Source of the DNA: Nitrospirota bacterium | Lineage (GTDB): Bacteria > Nitrospirota > UBA9217 | Assembly (NCBI GenBank): GCA_963754875.1 | Contig: CAVWHO010000008.1 | Location: 64,001-128,000 of the forward strand | Reading direction: 5' to 3' | Length of the DNA: 64,000 nt | Part shown: positions 61,124 to 64,000 of the stretch, piece by piece | How the letters are laid out: every line of letters begins with the position of its first letter | Position numbering within the stretch: position 1 is the stretch's first letter | Made by a program: the position numbers and the translations under genes | Notes under the pieces: generated by a model | The model's database searches: none | Told to the model about the DNA's origin: nothing | The model's input: the letters and a program-made list of their open reading frames with translations, nothing else

Positions 61124-61447
61124 TTAACACCATCCACCGAATCTCCAATTTCGTCTTGGCACTGCGGGATAGCCGAGTCCGCCGGCAATGGCCGGCACGA
61201 TCGAGATATTGTCTCCGTCCTTGAGCGTGGTGTCTTCTTTATTCATGAAGCGGATGTCTTCCTCGTTCACATAAATATTGATGAATCGCCGGATCTTTCC
61301 GCCTTCAGACAACCGTTCTTTCATGCCCGGATAATCCTTTTCCAAAGCGTCGAGAAGTTCGGCGATGTTCTTTGCGCTGCACTCGACTTCCGCTTTCCCA
61401 TTTGACAATTTTTGCAACGGAGTTGGAATTCTTACTTTAATCGCCAT
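61124..61447 (-). CDS. MoaD/ThiS/CysO-like ubiquitin-fold sulfur carrier with C-terminal extension
   Basis: VRIPTPL, RRFINIYVNEEDIRF, DGDNISIVPAIAGG followed by 17 extra residues. Confidence 0.93.
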   Translation of the reverse strand: MAIKVRIPTPLQKLSNGKAEVECSAKNIAELLDALEKDYPGMKERLSEGGKIRRFINIYVNEEDIRFMNKEDTTLKDGDNISIVPAIAGGLGYPAVPRRNWRFGGWC

Positions 61448-61537
61448 GTAACGCTCCTCCTGGTTCAATATTCACTCGTCGTATGCAACGATGGTTTCCG
61501 CAGGTTTCATTGAACTCGCATCTTCGTGATGCGGTCT

Positions 61538-61969
61538 CTACGGCTCTATGACAGACAAAAGTACTTCGGTCACGTTTCCTTCTTCTATCGAAAATCCCCT
61601 CACCACAGGCTGCGCCCGGTTCATGAGGGAAACGATGACATATACGGCCTCGGGATAGTTCGGCAGCTTCGAACCGGGCCAGTACGCTTTTTCAACGTCT
61701 ATACTCGACGGGTATGCCTGGCCGGAGGGATGGGAATGGAACATGCCGACCAACACACTGCCCGACTCGCGAATGTCCTTCATCACGCGGAACTGCTCTT
61801 CCGCGTCCATTTCGTAGTAGGCCGGTCCGGGTTTCGCATTCGTCATGCAATAGATTTTTTCCACCCTGTTGTCCTTCCCTGCCAGGATGCCGCAGGCTTC
61901 GTCGGGAAGTCCCGTAGTGCAATGATCGATGATGCGTTGGAAGTCGGATTTCTTAATGATCAAGGCCAT
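61538..61969 (-). CDS. JAB/MPN+ (M67, Mec-like) metallopeptidase
   Basis: PDEACGILAG and HSHPSGQAYPSSID (HxH-x7-S-x2-D). Confidence 0.93.
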   Translation of the reverse strand: MALIIKKSDFQRIIDHCTTGLPDEACGILAGKDNRVEKIYCMTNAKPGPAYYEMDAEEQFRVMKDIRESGSVLVGMFHSHPSGQAYPSSIDVEKAYWPGSKLPNYPEAVYVIVSLMNRAQPVVRGFSIEEGNVTEVLLSVIEP

Positions 61970-62028
61970 GAGCTGCCCCCGAGAATGCAGAGTCTCGGCC
62001 TTTCCCGTTGTCAACCATTCCGCATTTC

Positions 62029-62832
62029 TCAGTGGCTCATAGAACAGAATTGTTCGTAATCGATCAATTCCGTAATCGTCGGATGCTCGCCGCACACGGG
62101 GCACTCTTTGTTCCGGGGCACTTTCACGGTGCGGAAGCTCATATCGAGAGCGTTCCACAGCAGAAGTTTTCCTTTGAGCGGGTGGCCGATGCCGAGGATC
62201 GCTTTGACCACCTCGGTGGCCTGCAAGGTCCCGATCACACCGGTGACGACACCGAGGATGCCTGCTTCCTGGCATGAGGGGACCATGCCCGGAGGAGGCG
62301 GGACCTCGAACAGGCACCGGTAGCATGGCCCTTCGCCCGGGTAGATGCTCATGAGCTGCCCTTCGAACCGGAAGACTGCGGCGCTGATCAGCGTCTTTTT
62401 GAGCATGACGCAGGCATCATTCACCAGGTACCGCGTAGGGAAATTGTCGCTCCCGTCTACCACGATATCGTAATCCTTGATGATGTCCTTGATGTTAGCG
62501 GACGACAACCGCTCCTTGTGCGTGACGACTTTCACATCATGGTTCAGCGTCTCGTAGGTCTCCTTCGCGGAATCGGCCTTCAGCACGCCGATCCTGCTCG
62601 TATTGTGTGCGATCTGCCGCTGCAGGTTCGAGATTTCGACGCGATCGTTGTCGATGACGCCGATGGTGCCGACGCCTGCTGCCGCAAGATAGTACCCGAC
62701 CGGAGAGCCGAGGCCGCCGGCGCCGACGAGCACGACTTTGGCGTTCAGGATCTTTTCCTGTCCGTCGCCTCCGACCTCCGGAAGCAGGATGTGCCTGCTG
62801 TAACGCAGTATTTGATCTTCAGTAAAGTCCAT
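62029..62832 (-). CDS. ThiF/MoeB (E1-like) adenylyltransferase without a fused rhodanese domain
   Basis: RYSRHILL, GAGGLGS, SNLQRQ, DGSDNFPTRY, CYRC, SCQEAG, CPVC. Confidence 0.95.
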   Translation of the reverse strand: MDFTEDQILRYSRHILLPEVGGDGQEKILNAKVVLVGAGGLGSPVGYYLAAAGVGTIGVIDNDRVEISNLQRQIAHNTSRIGVLKADSAKETYETLNHDVKVVTHKERLSSANIKDIIKDYDIVVDGSDNFPTRYLVNDACVMLKKTLISAAVFRFEGQLMSIYPGEGPCYRCLFEVPPPPGMVPSCQEAGILGVVTGVIGTLQATEVVKAILGIGHPLKGKLLLWNALDMSFRTVKVPRNKECPVCGEHPTITELIDYEQFCSMSH

Positions 62833-62848
62833 GTCAAAACCTCTTGGC

Positions 62849-62945
62849 AACCACAGGTCCCTTGTCGGGACACACGGATGAACACTGCTAGCTAATTTAC
62901 AATTTCAAATCGCTTTGCTGTGTTGATCTGTGTCCATCTGTGGTT
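62849..62945. repeat. Inverted decamer tandem element
   Basis: AACCACAG...ACACGGATGAACACTG ... CTGTGTTGAT CTGTGTCCAT CTGTGGTT. Confidence 0.65.
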
Positions 62946-62955
62946 AGCAGTTTTA

Positions 62956-63213
62956 TTATTTTTTCTTTTCCTTGTCCTTCCGGACAAGGATGCGCCACTC
63001 TTTTTCAGCGGTCTGCTCGACTTTCAGGACCTTCTGGCCTTCATTCTCCATGCTCTTTGGCACGTTTTCCGACGCGGGCTTGTGGTCCGTGACGATTTCC
63101 AGCACTTCACCGAGAGGCATTTTTTCCAGTGCAAGCTTCGATCGAACGAACGTATAGGGACAGACCTGGCCCTTAATATCGATTGTTTTGTTTATTTTTA
63201 TTTCGTCTGCCAT
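62956..63213 (-). CDS. TusA/SirA-family sulfurtransferase
   Basis: IDIKGQVCPYTFV, GEVLEIVTD, ENVP. Confidence 0.93.
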   Translation of the reverse strand: MADEIKINKTIDIKGQVCPYTFVRSKLALEKMPLGEVLEIVTDHKPASENVPKSMENEGQKVLKVEQTAEKEWRILVRKDKEKKK

Positions 63214-63257
63214 GATTCACTCCCAGATGCCTGTATCATGCATCTCTCATCCCGTTA

Positions 63258-64000
63258 TTACCCTTGTGTTCCCTCTTCCACCCTGATCACCATGGTCGGA
63301 CCGGCAACGCAGTCCATCTTGTTGATCTCATCAAGGGACTTACGCACATCACGCTCAACGGCTTCATGGCTCATCATCACGAGCGGCACCGCTTCGGCGG
63401 TCCCGCGGCCTTTCTGAATGACCGAGGAGATGCTGATATTGTTTTTGCCGAGCACACCCGATATCCGCGACAGAACGCCGGGTTTGTCCATGGCCGAGAA
63501 CCGCAGATAATAACAGGAGGTGATATCGTCCATCTTGCGGATCTTGAGAGGCGACCGCTCCCGGAATGCCGCAACAGGCGTGCGGTTCGTGCAGCCTGCA
63601 AGGATGTCCCTGACCGATATCGATGATATCGCTTACGACGGCGCTTCCGGTAGGCATGTCGCCTGCCCCCCTGCCGTAGAACATGGTTGATCCCACTGCA
63701 TCGCCGACTATGGAGAGCGCATTGAAGACCCCGTCCACGGTGGCAATAGGATACTCCTCGGGAAGCATGGTAGGATGCACACGCGCTTCCACTTCCCCAT
63801 TCACCATCTTGGTGATGGCCAGGAGCTTGATCTTGTAACCGAGCTCTTTCGCAAAATCGATGTCGATCGGCGTGATCTTCGAGATTCCCTCGGTATAAAT
63901 ATCGTCGAACTTCACCGGCGTGCCGTAGGCAAGCATGGTAAGGACCGCGAGTTTGTGCGCCGAATCGATGCCCTCGATGTCGAACGTCGGGTCTGCCTCT
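63258..64000 (-). CDS. hom: Homoserine dehydrogenase (5' part outside the window; frameshift near 63612)
   Basis: [36 protein letters not shown], then a C-terminal ACT domain YYLR..DKPGVL. Confidence 0.95.

Noticed and set aside
61124..62832. E1 + JAB + ubiquitin-like genes as an antiphage system (CBASS Cap2/Cap3 or Bil type)
   Set aside because: No E2 domain, cyclase or effector; the carrier is CysO/MoaD-like and the context is amino-acid biosynthesis with TusA.
21003..62945. Short tandem repeats as a possible CRISPR array
   Set aside because: Units are 7-10 nt, degenerate, dispersed and without unique spacers; there are no cas genes.

Overview
A gene-dense, mostly housekeeping bacterial window. 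Gene content and order suggest Nitrospirota or a related deltaproteobacterial-grade lineage (inference only). In order: glmS(partial)-glmU-DUF502; a DUF4382-type lipoprotein; a type II secretion/type IV pilus-like operon (PilM/N/O-like, lipidated TPR-secretin with a C-terminal cohesin-like domain, two pseudopilins, no ATPase or platform gene); a cupredoxin with a frameshifted His-containing membrane-protein gene; phoBR and pstSCAB-phoU with a Pho box; mtnA; gcvT; a lytic transglycosylase; a membrane-spanning double-ankyrin protein; an ilvB-like gene; ndk; an atypical pgk; pfkB; copA; rodZ/pilF-like genes; mtnP; hfq-miaA-mutL; three M16 peptidases; dut; an EF-G paralogue; cimA-lysC-apgM; and a TusA/E1(MoeB)/JAB/ubiquitin-like/NIL sulfur-relay module inside the homoserine dehydrogenase operon. 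About a dozen frameshifts, mostly single extra bases, look like sequencing error. The most notable items are the sulfur-relay module, whose ubiquitin-like carrier has a 17-residue tail after its GG motif; the ankyrin-TM-ankyrin protein with an STN-like end; several families of inverted short-tandem-repeat elements at gene junctions; and probable leaderless promoters. I found no tRNA, rRNA, CRISPR array, transposase or integrase.
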